Shown in pieces: positions 50,403-59,664 of a stretch of 64,000 nt of DNA. Under the pieces are notes generated by a model. The model saw only the letters and a list, made by a program, of their open reading frames with translations. It had not been told where the DNA came from and did no database searches. A program made the position numbers and the translations under genes. The first letter of the stretch is position 1. Each line of letters begins with the position of its first letter. The stretch comes from Burkholderiales bacterium. Its GTDB lineage: Bacteria; Pseudomonadota; Gammaproteobacteria; Burkholderiales; SG8-39. The stretch is from positions 9,283 through 73,282 of the forward strand of contig JBBDXL010000170.1 in NCBI GenBank assembly GCA_040902335.1, in the 5' to 3' direction.

Positions 50403-50999
50403 ATGTCCGACGCAAGCGACCTGGACCGTCTGATCAACGAGCGACTCGATGCGCTGCTGCCGAAGAAGCTCGCGGAGCTGCGCGAGAAGCAGACGCCCTC
50501 GATGACCATCATCGCCACCAAGGGCACGCTCGACTGGGCCTACCCGCCGTTCATCCTCGCGAGTACGGCGGCGGCGCTCGGCTGGAACGTATCGATGTTC
50601 TTCACCTTCTATGGGCTCAACCTGTTGAGGAAGGACCTGAGCGACCTGAAGGTGAGCCCGCTCGGCAACCCGGGCATGCCGATGAAGATGCCCTTCGGAC
50701 CGCAGTGGTTCAAGGGCATCAACTGGAACATCCCGAACGCCGTGCAGGCAGTCGTGCCCGGCTTCGAGAGCCTGGCGACGACGCTCATGAAGCAGACCAT
50801 TCACAACAAGGGCGTCGCCGGCATCGCCGAGCTGCGCAACGCCAGCCTCGAGGGCGGCGTGAACCTGATCGGCTGCCAGATGACTGTGGACCTGTTCGGC
50901 TACTCGCACGGGGATTTCATCCCGGAAGTGAAGGAGTACGTGGGCGCGGCAACCTTCCTGCCAATGGCGAGGGACGCCGACGTCAGCCTGTTCATTTGA
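50403..50999 (+). CDS. DsrE/DsrF/DrsH-like family sulfurtransferase-type protein (COG2210-like)
   Basis: 198-aa ORF with the TIIATKGTLDWAYPPFILAS core and a conserved Cys in NLIGCQMTVDLFG. Confidence 0.8.
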   Translation: MSDASDLDRLINERLDALLPKKLAELREKQTPSMTIIATKGTLDWAYPPFILASTAAALGWNVSMFFTFYGLNLLRKDLSDLKVSPLGNPGMPMKMPFGPQWFKGINWNIPNAVQAVVPGFESLATTLMKQTIHNKGVAGIAELRNASLEGGVNLIGCQMTVDLFGYSHGDFIPEVKEYVGAATFLPMARDADVSLFI

Positions 51000-51048
51000 G
51001 AAGTTAACTCCGGCTTGGCGGCTGGCGAACTACAGGAGAGGGGGGATC

Positions 51049-52395
51049 ATGACGATACGCAGGACCGTTACCGGCCTTGTTGCGGCCGGCTGTATGGTTC
51101 CGGGAGTGGCCGCAGCGACCAATGGCTATTTCCAGCACGGTTATGGCTTGAAAGCCAAGGGAATGGCAGGGGTGGGCACTGCGATGGCCGTCGATGCGTT
51201 CGGCGGCGCAAACAATCCTGCGAGCATGGTCTGGGTCGGCAACCGTGTCGACTTCGGTGCCGATCTGTTCAGTCCGCGGCGAGAAGCGAGCCGGTTCGGG
51301 AGCGATCCGGCGTTGGGACCGATCGACGGTAGCGCCGAGAGCGACAGCAACTATTTTCTCGTCCCCGAGTTCGGTTACAACAAAATGATTAATCCCAACC
51401 TGTCTCTCGGGGTAACGGTTTATGCCAACGGCGGGATGAACACCGATTACCCGGGGGGGCAAATTCCCGCCGCCAGCGCCTGCGCGGGGTTCAACCCGAC
51501 CCCCGGACCTTACAACCTGCTCTGCGGCAATGGGCGCCTGGGCGTCGATCTGTCGCAACTCGTGATCGCACCCACGGTTGCTTATAAGCTTCACCCGAAC
51601 CATTCCGTCGGCATTTCCCCCTTGATCGGCATTCAGAGATTCAAGGTTGATGGCTTGCAGGCGTTCGATAATCCTGCCTTCTCAACGTCGCCGGGAAACG
51701 TGACAAACCGGGGCCATGAGTACGCCTACGGCTTCGGCGTGCGTGTGGGTTGGTTCGGTAAGCTCTCCGAGAGCGTCAACGTAGGGGCAGCGTATTCGAC
51801 CAAGGTCTACATGAGCGAATTCGACAAGTACCGGGGCTTGTTCGCGGAGCAGGGTGATTTCGATATGCCCGAGAACTACAACGTCGGTATCGCGGCGAAG
51901 GTTTCCCCGAAAGTGACCGTTGCCGCCGACTATCAGCGCATCAACTACAACGACGTGAAATCGGTTGGAAATACCCAGGTCAACCTGATCCCGTGCTTCT
52001 TCGGTGGCAATGCGGCGTTCTGCTTGGGGGGCAATCAGGGCGCCGGTTTCGGATGGAAAGACGTGAACGTATACAAGATCGGCATCACATACGAATATGA
52101 CAAGCGCTGGACTTGGCGCGCGGGTTACGACCACACCGACAATCCGATCAGGGGGAGCGACATCGACTTCAATATCCTCGCGCCCGGCGTGGTGCAGGAT
52201 CACCTGACTTTCGGCCTCACCTACAAGACCACGACCGGCGGCGAGTTGACGATTGGTTACATGCACGCTTTCAGCAAATCCGTGACCGCCCCCTCGCTCT
52301 TGAACAGCTTTGTCCCCCCTGGGGTGTCTGCGGGGAGCGCAACAATCAAGATGTACCAGAATGCCGTCGGCATCGCTTACGGCTGGACGATGTAA
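51049..52395 (+). CDS. outer-membrane hydrophobic-compound channel, FadL/OmpP1/TodX family
   Basis: 448-aa ORF with a signal peptide and an N-terminal hatch motif ATNGYFQHGYGLKAKGMAGVG. Beta-strand periodicity, ending YGWTM. Confidence 0.85.
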   Translation: MTIRRTVTGLVAAGCMVPGVAAATNGYFQHGYGLKAKGMAGVGTAMAVDAFGGANNPASMVWVGNRVDFGADLFSPRREASRFGSDPALGPIDGSAESDSNYFLVPEFGYNKMINPNLSLGVTVYANGGMNTDYPGGQIPAASACAGFNPTPGPYNLLCGNGRLGVDLSQLVIAPTVAYKLHPNHSVGISPLIGIQRFKVDGLQAFDNPAFSTSPGNVTNRGHEYAYGFGVRVGWFGKLSESVNVGAAYSTKVYMSEFDKYRGLFAEQGDFDMPENYNVGIAAKVSPKVTVAADYQRINYNDVKSVGNTQVNLIPCFFGGNAAFCLGGNQGAGFGWKDVNVYKIGITYEYDKRWTWRAGYDHTDNPIRGSDIDFNILAPGVVQDHLTFGLTYKTTTGGELTIGYMHAFSKSVTAPSLLNSFVPPGVSAGSATIKMYQNAVGIAYGWTM

Positions 52396-52414
52396 GAAGG
52401 CCGGCCGCGGCCCC

Positions 52415-53647
52415 TCAGAACGCGTAACGCAACTGCAGGTACACGTTGTCGTCCTGCGCTAGCTGGCCGAACTGACCCCGGGCCTTGCCGCCGAACAGGT
52501 TGGCGCCGATTGCGCCCCAAATCCTGTCGGTGAAGCTGTAGCGCAGCTCCGGGTTCACGAAGTAGTCGCCGTTGCTGGCGTTGTACGAGGCGTAGGCGGA
52601 AAACCGAAGCGTCTGGTGCAGGTACAGCTGCGTTACGCGCGCCGAGACGGTGTGGCTCCAGCGCTTGTCGACCGGAAAGCCGGCCGGCAGCGCTGCGCGG
52701 TAGGCGTCGTAGTCGTGCATGTATTCGGCGTAGTACTGGAAACTGAGCGAAAGATCCTCCACCGGCTGGAACTGGTAGCCGACGAGGAGCCGCGTCTGGG
52801 AGTTGGGCACCGTGAAGTCGCTTCCCCCGCGGTCCTGGCGCGAGTCATAGTAGGCCCCTTCCAGGCTCATCACCCCGTTTCCCGCGCGGCCCGAGACGCT
52901 GGCGCCATAGACCGAAAGCCCCGGATGAAACAAGGTGATCTTGCTCGGCGCAGTCAAGCTGTCGGGTCGCATCGATGGAGTGCGCTGGAAGCCGCGATAC
53001 AGGTACAGCGCTGCGTCGTAGCCGGCGATGTCGCGGTACATGCGCAGCCCGGCCTCGCCTTCGTCCGGCACGACGGTCTCGCGGTTAGTGACCCCCGGCA
53101 TGGGATCGAAAACGTGGAAGCGGCGGGAGTCCGGCAGGCGGCTCTCGCGGAAGCTCGGTGCCGCCACCAGCTCGAAGGAAGCGAACTCGGGATACACGCC
53201 AAGCTTTAGCGCATCCACGCCGCGCTTGAGGTACTCCAGCGGCCGGCCCGCAAACAGCGCCTCGTAATCCTTGGGAAAAACGTCGTTCACGAACACCAGA
53301 TCGCCGAACCCCCAGGTGATCACCTGGCGGCCGACGCGCAGGTCCCAGTTCCCGGCGGCGTAGTCGACATAGCCCTCGCGCAGCTCGCTCTCGCCTTTGC
53401 GGCCAAGATGGTCGTATGCGACATCGCCTTTGAGCAGCGCACGCCAGGCGCCACCGCTGGCATCCAGCTTCAATTGCGCGCGCTCCTCCAGCCACTTGTA
53501 GTGCCGCCCGTCGGGGTTCGCCGCCACGGTGTTGAAGGCCGTGTTCTGCTGCAGGAAGCCCGAAAGTGCGAGCTCCGCCCGCGCGGCGAGCGGCGCCAGC
53601 AGGGCAACGAGGCAGAACGCGGCGGCCCGCAGCGTCAATCGACCCAC
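52415..53647 (-). CDS. outer-membrane beta-barrel protein (uncharacterised family)
   Basis: 410-aa ORF with a signal peptide, alternating beta-strand pattern and a C-terminal ...YLQLRYAF. Last gene of the RND/LolA-like operon. Confidence 0.6.
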   Translation of the reverse strand: MGRLTLRAAAFCLVALLAPLAARAELALSGFLQQNTAFNTVAANPDGRHYKWLEERAQLKLDASGGAWRALLKGDVAYDHLGRKGESELREGYVDYAAGNWDLRVGRQVITWGFGDLVFVNDVFPKDYEALFAGRPLEYLKRGVDALKLGVYPEFASFELVAAPSFRESRLPDSRRFHVFDPMPGVTNRETVVPDEGEAGLRMYRDIAGYDAALYLYRGFQRTPSMRPDSLTAPSKITLFHPGLSVYGASVSGRAGNGVMSLEGAYYDSRQDRGGSDFTVPNSQTRLLVGYQFQPVEDLSLSFQYYAEYMHDYDAYRAALPAGFPVDKRWSHTVSARVTQLYLHQTLRFSAYASYNASNGDYFVNPELRYSFTDRIWGAIGANLFGGKARGQFGQLAQDDNVYLQLRYAF

Positions 53648-54423
53648 TTACGCGGGGGCTGGCGCAGGAAGCGCTCCGAGAACAGGGCGTCCTCGATGCC
53701 GAGGTCATAGTCGGTCTTGACATACGCGACCTCGGTGCGGTGGCCGGTTTGCAGATTCTTCATGGTGCGCTTGATCGGCGTCGGAATGCCCTTGATGTCC
53801 GCCACCTCGTCTACGGTGAAAAGCTTGTAGCGGTTACCCCTCTTGTCGTACTGCTCTTCCCTGAGCGGCAGGAAATTCGCCTTGTCCACCCAGGTCAGCT
53901 TGTGGCCGAAATCGGCGTCCTCTCCCCTCGGCGTGCTCTTGACCACGTAGCAGTCGCGGTTGCCGACCTTCTCTTCGCGCTCGATCACGTGCATGTCGTC
54001 TTCGATGTCGCGCCCGGAAACGTCCTCGTAGGTGAAATCCGAGCCGACAAAGCTGGAGCGCTTGTCCTGCGCGGCGATGCGCTTGACCATGTTGATCGCC
54101 GGGATGAATAGCCAGCGGTCATCATCCCTGGCGGGGTATTTGTTGATCATGAAGGTCATGTCCCTCACGTCCGCCGGCTGGAAGAAGTACATGAAGTACT
54201 TCTGCTCGCCGCCGGGCCCGCCGATGTTCTTGCGCAGCATCGTGAGCTCGCGCAAGCGCTCCTGTCCGTCCTTGTTGACGAGCTTCATCACCACCCGCGC
54301 CTTGAAGTCCTTGCCCGAGTAGAGGAACGCGGCCTGCGATTTCTGCATCGCCTCCTCGCCGGTCAGGGCCATGGCCTGCAGCGGCAGCAGGCCGGTGAGC
54401 ATGCATACACATAAGTTCTTCAT
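53635..54423 (-). CDS. outer-membrane lipoprotein-sorting (LolA-like) protein
   Basis: 262-aa product MKNLCVCMLTGLLPLQAMA... preceded by AAGGAG. Has the LolA_like pattern (RWLFIPAINMVKRIA, SFVGSDFTYEDV). Confidence 0.75.
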   Translation of the reverse strand: MKNLCVCMLTGLLPLQAMALTGEEAMQKSQAAFLYSGKDFKARVVMKLVNKDGQERLRELTMLRKNIGGPGGEQKYFMYFFQPADVRDMTFMINKYPARDDDRWLFIPAINMVKRIAAQDKRSSFVGSDFTYEDVSGRDIEDDMHVIEREEKVGNRDCYVVKSTPRGEDADFGHKLTWVDKANFLPLREEQYDKRGNRYKLFTVDEVADIKGIPTPIKRTMKNLQTGHRTEVAYVKTDYDLGIEDALFSERFLRQPPRKWVD

Positions 54424-54424
54424 G

Positions 54425-56749
54425 TCAAGCTCCTTTTTCCTCAACGAGCAGCCAGCGCCGGCCCAGCATGATGAGGGCCGGCAGATAGAAAATGGTGAGC
54501 AGCGCCGAGAGCATCATCATCGCCACGATGAACCCGCCCACCGCGATATAGGGCGTGAGCGGGGCGAAGAGCATCACCGAGAATGCCGCGGCAAAGAGCA
54601 CCGCGTTGCGGAAGATTCCCTTGCCCGGCCGCGCCGCCGTCCACAACAGCGCTCCTTGCACATCGCGGCCGCCGGTTTCGGCGAGCCGCTGGCGGAAGCG
54701 GTTGATGAAATGGATGGAGAAATCCACCGCCATGCCGAGCGACAGCGTGCTCAGCACCGAGAGCGGCATGTCGAAATCCTTGCCGGCAAAACCCACCACG
54801 CCGTAAATGAGCAGGATGGTGAACAGCAGCGGCACGTAGCCGACCAGCGCCCATTTGGCGGAGCGGAAGTTGAGGGCGAGAACGATGAAGACCACGACCA
54901 GCGCCATCAGAAAACCGCGCACCATGTCGCCGAGCACCTCGTCGTTCCAGACCAGGTTGAAATAGGCGATTCCCGCGGGCTTCACCGTTACCGCCAGCGG
55001 ACGGGCCTGCTGATAGGTTTGCGCTGCCCGGATGACCAGCCGCATCGCGTCCGCGTCCCAGGTCTTGAGCTGCACCCACACGTTGGCCTTCTGGAACGTC
55101 GGATCGACCACGTTGTCGAGGTCGGAAGGCTTGGCCGACATGCTGAACAGGAACAGGTACTGCCCGATCGCCTCTTTCGTACCGGGTACCGCGTCGAATT
55201 TCAGGTCGTCGTCGTGCAGCACGCGGTTGATGCGCTTCACGTAGTCCGCCACCGAGAAAGTCTTGCCGACCACCGGCATCCCCTCCAAGTGCCGCTGCAG
55301 GCCGTCGAGCCAGCGCACGGCTTGAGGCCGCTTCATGAATTCCGGCTCGTCGGCCTGCACGACGAGATAGCCGAGGGAGGTGCCGCCCAGTGCCTGGTTC
55401 ATGGCCGTGTCGGCGACGCGGATCTCGCTCGATTCCTTGAACCACGCCACCATGTTGTTATTGACGTGGATCTTCGAGGTTCCGGCCACGGCGACGGCCA
55501 GGAGAACGATTCCAACCAGAGTGGTGGCCAGTGGACGCGTCGCGCCCAATTCACCGATGCGGCGCAGCAAGCGCGCGGTCCGATCCAGTTCGACGCTCTC
55601 GCCTGCCACGGCCTTGGCGACCTTCTCCTCCTTGAGGAAGGTCAGGATCGCGGGAATCAAGCTGAAGGAGAACAGGCGCAGCAGCACCGTGCCGAAAGCG
55701 ATCAGCCCGCCGAACACTTGGACCGGGATGATGTTCATGAACAGCAGCACGGCGAAGCCGGCGGCGGTGGCGAGCGCCGTATAGCGCACAGGGCGGCTCA
55801 CCGCCTGCATCGTCTCGCGGATCGCGGCGAGCTTGTCGCGCTTCTCGCGGTAGCGGAAGTAGAACTCGTTGAAGATGTGGATGCTGTCCGTGGCGATGGC
55901 CATGAGGAACACCGGCGCCATCGAGCTCATGATGTGCACCGGGAAGCCCGCACCGATCAGCAGGCCCATGCTCCAGATGATCGCCGTCATGGCCACCGCC
56001 ATCATGGCCAGGGACAGCGACAGGCTGCGGAACATGATCTGGATGGCGATGAACATGATCATGCCGGCGATGGGCGAGAAGATGCCCATCAGCTTGAACA
56101 TCTCGGCGCCGAAAGTGTCCCGCGCCACCGGGTCCCCGGCTATGTAGTAGCGCTCCGTTCCGCTTTCCTTGGCGACGATGGCGCGGATCCGGCCGGCGAT
56201 CTCGGCGCCGTTGGCACCCTTGTCCAGCGGTACGTAGATCGCGGTCGTCTTGCCGTCCGGCGAGACGATGCGGTTGACGAAGAGCGGATTGCCGAACAGC
56301 GCTGCGCGCAGCGCTTCCACCTCGGCCTGGCTCTGCGGCGGCCCCGGCAGGAGCGGCCCGACCTTGAGCGTGCCGGCGTCAGCCGTGACATTGGTGATGG
56401 TGGTGAAGCCGTTCACGTCGCGGCTGGCCACGCCTTTCAGCTCGAGGATCTCGCCGGTAATGCGGGCGATGCGGCCGAGCGTTTCGCGGTTGAGCACCCC
56501 CGCCTCGTTTTGCACGCCCACGACGATGGTGTCCTCGTAGAGCGCGAAGAGCCTGTCCACCTCGTCGTTCCAGACGCGCACCTCCGAGGTCTCGGGCAGC
56601 ATGTTCTTCGGGTTGGTGTCGGTCTTGAGGCGCGGGAACTGGGTAAGGAACAGCAGCGTCAGTGCCACCGTTACCCAGACCACCAGCTTCGGGCGGTGAA
56701 TGGAGAAATCGACGAGCGAGAACTTGAACATGGACTCCCCTTGCGCCAT
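54425..56749 (-). CDS. RND/MMPL-family efflux transporter (two 6-TM SSD-like halves)
   Basis: 774-aa ORF with two hydrophobic bundles separated by large periplasmic loops. An alternative start MFKFSL lies 6 codons in. Confidence 0.85.
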   Translation of the reverse strand: MAQGESMFKFSLVDFSIHRPKLVVWVTVALTLLFLTQFPRLKTDTNPKNMLPETSEVRVWNDEVDRLFALYEDTIVVGVQNEAGVLNRETLGRIARITGEILELKGVASRDVNGFTTITNVTADAGTLKVGPLLPGPPQSQAEVEALRAALFGNPLFVNRIVSPDGKTTAIYVPLDKGANGAEIAGRIRAIVAKESGTERYYIAGDPVARDTFGAEMFKLMGIFSPIAGMIMFIAIQIMFRSLSLSLAMMAVAMTAIIWSMGLLIGAGFPVHIMSSMAPVFLMAIATDSIHIFNEFYFRYREKRDKLAAIRETMQAVSRPVRYTALATAAGFAVLLFMNIIPVQVFGGLIAFGTVLLRLFSFSLIPAILTFLKEEKVAKAVAGESVELDRTARLLRRIGELGATRPLATTLVGIVLLAVAVAGTSKIHVNNNMVAWFKESSEIRVADTAMNQALGGTSLGYLVVQADEPEFMKRPQAVRWLDGLQRHLEGMPVVGKTFSVADYVKRINRVLHDDDLKFDAVPGTKEAIGQYLFLFSMSAKPSDLDNVVDPTFQKANVWVQLKTWDADAMRLVIRAAQTYQQARPLAVTVKPAGIAYFNLVWNDEVLGDMVRGFLMALVVVFIVLALNFRSAKWALVGYVPLLFTILLIYGVVGFAGKDFDMPLSVLSTLSLGMAVDFSIHFINRFRQRLAETGGRDVQGALLWTAARPGKGIFRNAVLFAAAFSVMLFAPLTPYIAVGGFIVAMMMLSALLTIFYLPALIMLGRRWLLVEEKGA

Positions 56750-56883
56750 CGGTGTGGGCGCGACGCGCCCGATCCGACAATTATCAACTATTCAACCTAA
56801 CAGTTGACTAGTGGGGAAGGCTTGATCTGTATCAAACGCCGCCGCGGCCGATCAAGCGGCAGGCCGTCATGACGGAATGCGGT

Positions 56884-57531
56884 TCAGCAGCCATGCGGAT
56901 CCCGCCGTGCGAGAGCAATAGCGAGAAAGCCCCCGAAGGGCAGGCGCCCCGGCAGTACCTGCTCCAGTCCGCGCGCCAGTTTGCCGCCGCCGGGGCCGAA
57001 GACCGCGCTGCGCACGGTCAGCGCGGGCGGCGGCCGCAGTCCACTGGACCAGGATTGCGCAATGCGCGACGTGTCCCACCGCGCGCCGCGGTACGAGGGC
57101 GCGTGCCGCTTCTTGAGCCACAGCAGGCTGTTGCGGTTCAGGAGCCCGAGGACCACCGAGCGGCGCGCGACGCGCCACATCTCGCGCAGAGCGGCGCTGG
57201 CGGGCTCGATGAAGCACAGGCTCGTGACCGCGACTGCGCAATCGAAAGAGCGGTCCCTGAACGGTAGCCTGCGTGCGTCGGCGCGCAAGTAGCGGGTAGG
57301 TCCGTTCTTGCGCATGGCGAAGTCGATCGCGCCCCCATCGGTGTCGATGCCCGTCACGCGAAACCCGGCCTGCGCGAGACGGCGGCTGAAGTAGCCGGTG
57401 CCGCAGCCCACATCGAGAACCGAATCGCCGTGCTGGCAGGTCAGAAGGTCCAGCAACAGCCTGGTTTCCACGTCCCCGATCCAGCGGCCGCGCGCGCTCG
57501 CATACCACGCGTCGTAGGCGGCCGGGTCCAC
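56884..57531 (-). CDS. class I SAM-dependent methyltransferase
   Basis: 215-aa ORF with motif I VLDVGCGTGYFS and the post-I motif VTGIDTD. Confidence 0.85.
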   Translation of the reverse strand: MDPAAYDAWYASARGRWIGDVETRLLLDLLTCQHGDSVLDVGCGTGYFSRRLAQAGFRVTGIDTDGGAIDFAMRKNGPTRYLRADARRLPFRDRSFDCAVAVTSLCFIEPASAALREMWRVARRSVVLGLLNRNSLLWLKKRHAPSYRGARWDTSRIAQSWSSGLRPPPALTVRSAVFGPGGGKLARGLEQVLPGRLPFGGFLAIALARRDPHGC

Positions 57532-57540
57532 GGGCTCGGG

Positions 57541-58692
57541 TCAGAACTGGCGATAGAGCCAGTACTTCTCGTAGAGCACCTTCGCGCCGTGCCAGAGCAG
57601 GCTCGGCGAGCGCAGCTTCACCTCCGGAAGCGGCTCGGCGTAGAAGTTGCCGCTCCCCATGCCGGCCCTCGCGCCGCCGGTTTCGATGAAGCACGTGCCC
57701 TCGCCCTCGAACCGTCGCGGCTTGCCGCGGCCGGTCCATGCGGCGGCGATGTTATGCGCGACGACCTCGGCCTGGCCGTGCGCGAACACGCCCGCCTTGG
57801 GCAGCGGCCGGCCCATCTTCAGCGGGATCACCGTGATGTCGCCGACTGCATAGACGTCCGGGAATCGAGTCGCCAGGGTGTGGCGATCGACGGCAATCCA
57901 GCCCGCGTCATCGACGAGTCCGGCAGCCCGGACCGGCTCCGGCGCGCGGTGCGGCGGCACGTAAAGGAGCAGGTCGAACTGCGCGCCCGACCCGCTGGCG
58001 AACTCGATGCGCCGCTGCGCAGGATCGACCGACTTCACCTGGCGCCCGGGCTGGTATGCAATGCCGCGCGCTTCCACCATGGCACGCACGCCGGCTGACA
58101 CGGCGGCGCCCGCGACCATCATCGGACCCGGCTCCGCGGCGTAGAAGTCGATCGTCGCCTTGTCACGGCGCCCGCGCTCGCGCAGGTAACTGTCCACGAG
58201 CAACGCGGCCTCGTACGGGGCAGCGGGACACTTGTACTGAGGCGTTGCCGTGAGGACCGCGATCCTGCCGCCTTCGAAGCGCTCGAGCGCGTCGCGGATC
58301 GCGCTCGCGCCCGCGAGCGTGTACAGGCACAGCCCCGCCTCGGACAGTCCCGGGATCGCCTCCAGGGCATAGTCGGCGCCGAGCGCGATGACGATGGCGT
58401 CGCCGCGCAGGGTTTGTTCCCCCACTCGGACCGTCCTCGCGGCAGCGTCGATAGAGACGACCTCGCCGCGCACCAGCTCGATGCCCGGGCGCGCCGCGTG
58501 CGCACAGGGCCGTGAGAAGTCGCCCGCGTCGCGCTTGCCCACCATCAGCCAGAGGAGCGAGGGCGGAAAGACGTGCCGCTCCTCGCGCTCCACAAGAACG
58601 ACGCGCTCGCTTCGCGGCAGGAGCCGGCGCAGCCCGTGCGCGGCGACCATGCCGCCGAGCCCCGCGCCCAGCACCAGGGCGGTGCGGCTCAT
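57541..58692 (-). CDS. sulfide:quinone oxidoreductase-like FAD-dependent pyridine nucleotide-disulfide oxidoreductase
   Basis: 383-aa ORF with LVLGAGLGG FAD fold, the conserved Cys motif YKCPAAPYE, a second Cys in GEGTCFIETG, and the AVGD motif. Confidence 0.8.
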   Translation of the reverse strand: MSRTALVLGAGLGGMVAAHGLRRLLPRSERVVLVEREERHVFPPSLLWLMVGKRDAGDFSRPCAHAARPGIELVRGEVVSIDAAARTVRVGEQTLRGDAIVIALGADYALEAIPGLSEAGLCLYTLAGASAIRDALERFEGGRIAVLTATPQYKCPAAPYEAALLVDSYLRERGRRDKATIDFYAAEPGPMMVAGAAVSAGVRAMVEARGIAYQPGRQVKSVDPAQRRIEFASGSGAQFDLLLYVPPHRAPEPVRAAGLVDDAGWIAVDRHTLATRFPDVYAVGDITVIPLKMGRPLPKAGVFAHGQAEVVAHNIAAAWTGRGKPRRFEGEGTCFIETGGARAGMGSGNFYAEPLPEVKLRSPSLLWHGAKVLYEKYWLYRQF

Positions 58693-58702
58693 GCAGCGCG
58701 TC

Positions 58703-59077
58703 TCAGAACACCAGCACCTTGCCGGCCCACGCGGTCCACTCGGTGAGCTGGTCCATCGTGCCGCGCTGCGCGCCGGCGACGAGCTCGGCGTCCGTCATGC
58801 CTCGCGCGTCCATGCAGGTGCCGCAGACTGCAACTTCGCCTTGCCGGCGGGTCACCGCGCCAAGCATGTCGGCGATGTTGTAATAGCCCTGAGGCACCTT
58901 CTGCCCGGTCTTCGCGCATGCAGCCGCATCGCCCATCAGGAAGATACGCACCGCTCCCGCCTGCTTGAGGAGCAGGTTGCGCGCCAGCCGCAGCGCGTTG
59001 TAGCTGCGCTCGGTGCCGTAGGGCGGATCGTTGAGAATCAGCAGATGATTCATCAGGCGGGCGCTATTGACGTCCAT
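58703..59077 (-). CDS. DsrE/DsrF-like family protein
   Basis: 124-aa ORF with LLILNDPPYGTERSYNALRLA and VAVCGTCMDARG. An alternative start lies at 59053. Confidence 0.75.
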   Translation of the reverse strand: MDVNSARLMNHLLILNDPPYGTERSYNALRLARNLLLKQAGAVRIFLMGDAAACAKTGQKVPQGYYNIADMLGAVTRRQGEVAVCGTCMDARGMTDAELVAGAQRGTMDQLTEWTAWAGKVLVF

Positions 59078-59192
59078 GGACAGCCTAGCACCCCGGGAAT
59101 CGACCGCTTTTGATTCACATCAAGCCGGCGTCCCCCCACCAAGGCGGACATGTACCCGGGCATCTGGGCCTAGGTGAGGCCCTGATCGCGGC

Positions 59193-59615
59193 CTAGCGCA
59201 TGCCGAGCGCTTCTCGCGCGATGCCGTCGAGAAGCGCCTCGACCTCCTTCAGCGCCGCCTTGGAAGCCGCCGAGCCGTCGGGCCGCCACGGGCGGCGGTA
59301 GGCCACGTGCACCGTCCCGGGACCCTGCGCCGTCGCATAGACCATGATGCTGTACGGGCAGAGCGCGGCGTTGGCGAAATCGGCCTCCATGGTCTTTCTC
59401 GACAGGACCGCGCTGCAAAACACGAACGCCTGCGCGTCGGCGTAGAGCTTGCGCGCCGAGCCGACGTCCTTGCCGGTGCGCTCGAGCATGCGGCCGACGA
59501 AGGACTGGTAATCGATCACCAACCCCTTGCCCTCGATGGCAAGCTTGAGGTCGTCGCGCACGTCGTCAAACTTCGCGCGTTTGGAGTAAGTTACGACGGG
59601 ATGCGGATCTGCCAT
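59193..59615 (-). CDS. DUF302 domain protein
   Basis: 140-aa product MADPHPVVTYSKRAKFDDVRDDLKLAIEGKGLVIDYQ...LCPYSIMVY, the DUF302 pattern. Confidence 0.75.
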   Translation of the reverse strand: MADPHPVVTYSKRAKFDDVRDDLKLAIEGKGLVIDYQSFVGRMLERTGKDVGSARKLYADAQAFVFCSAVLSRKTMEADFANAALCPYSIMVYATAQGPGTVHVAYRRPWRPDGSAASKAALKEVEALLDGIAREALGMR

Positions 59616-59664
59616 GGGCCCCTCCTGTGATGGGCAGAGGCTAGCGCCGCGGCGGAGAGATGTC

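Noticed and set aside
54371-56800. 809-aa plus-strand ORF.
   Set aside because: It is antisense to the RND transporter gene and is extremely rich in His/Arg/Glu/Asp/Gly with no hydrophobic core. This is a GC-driven open frame.
56790-56850. A sigma70-like TTGACT ... TATCAA pair on the plus strand upstream of nothing.
   Set aside because: The spacer length is off (about 20 nt) and there is no downstream plus-strand gene. The region more likely holds the minus-strand promoter of the RND operon, which I cannot pinpoint.
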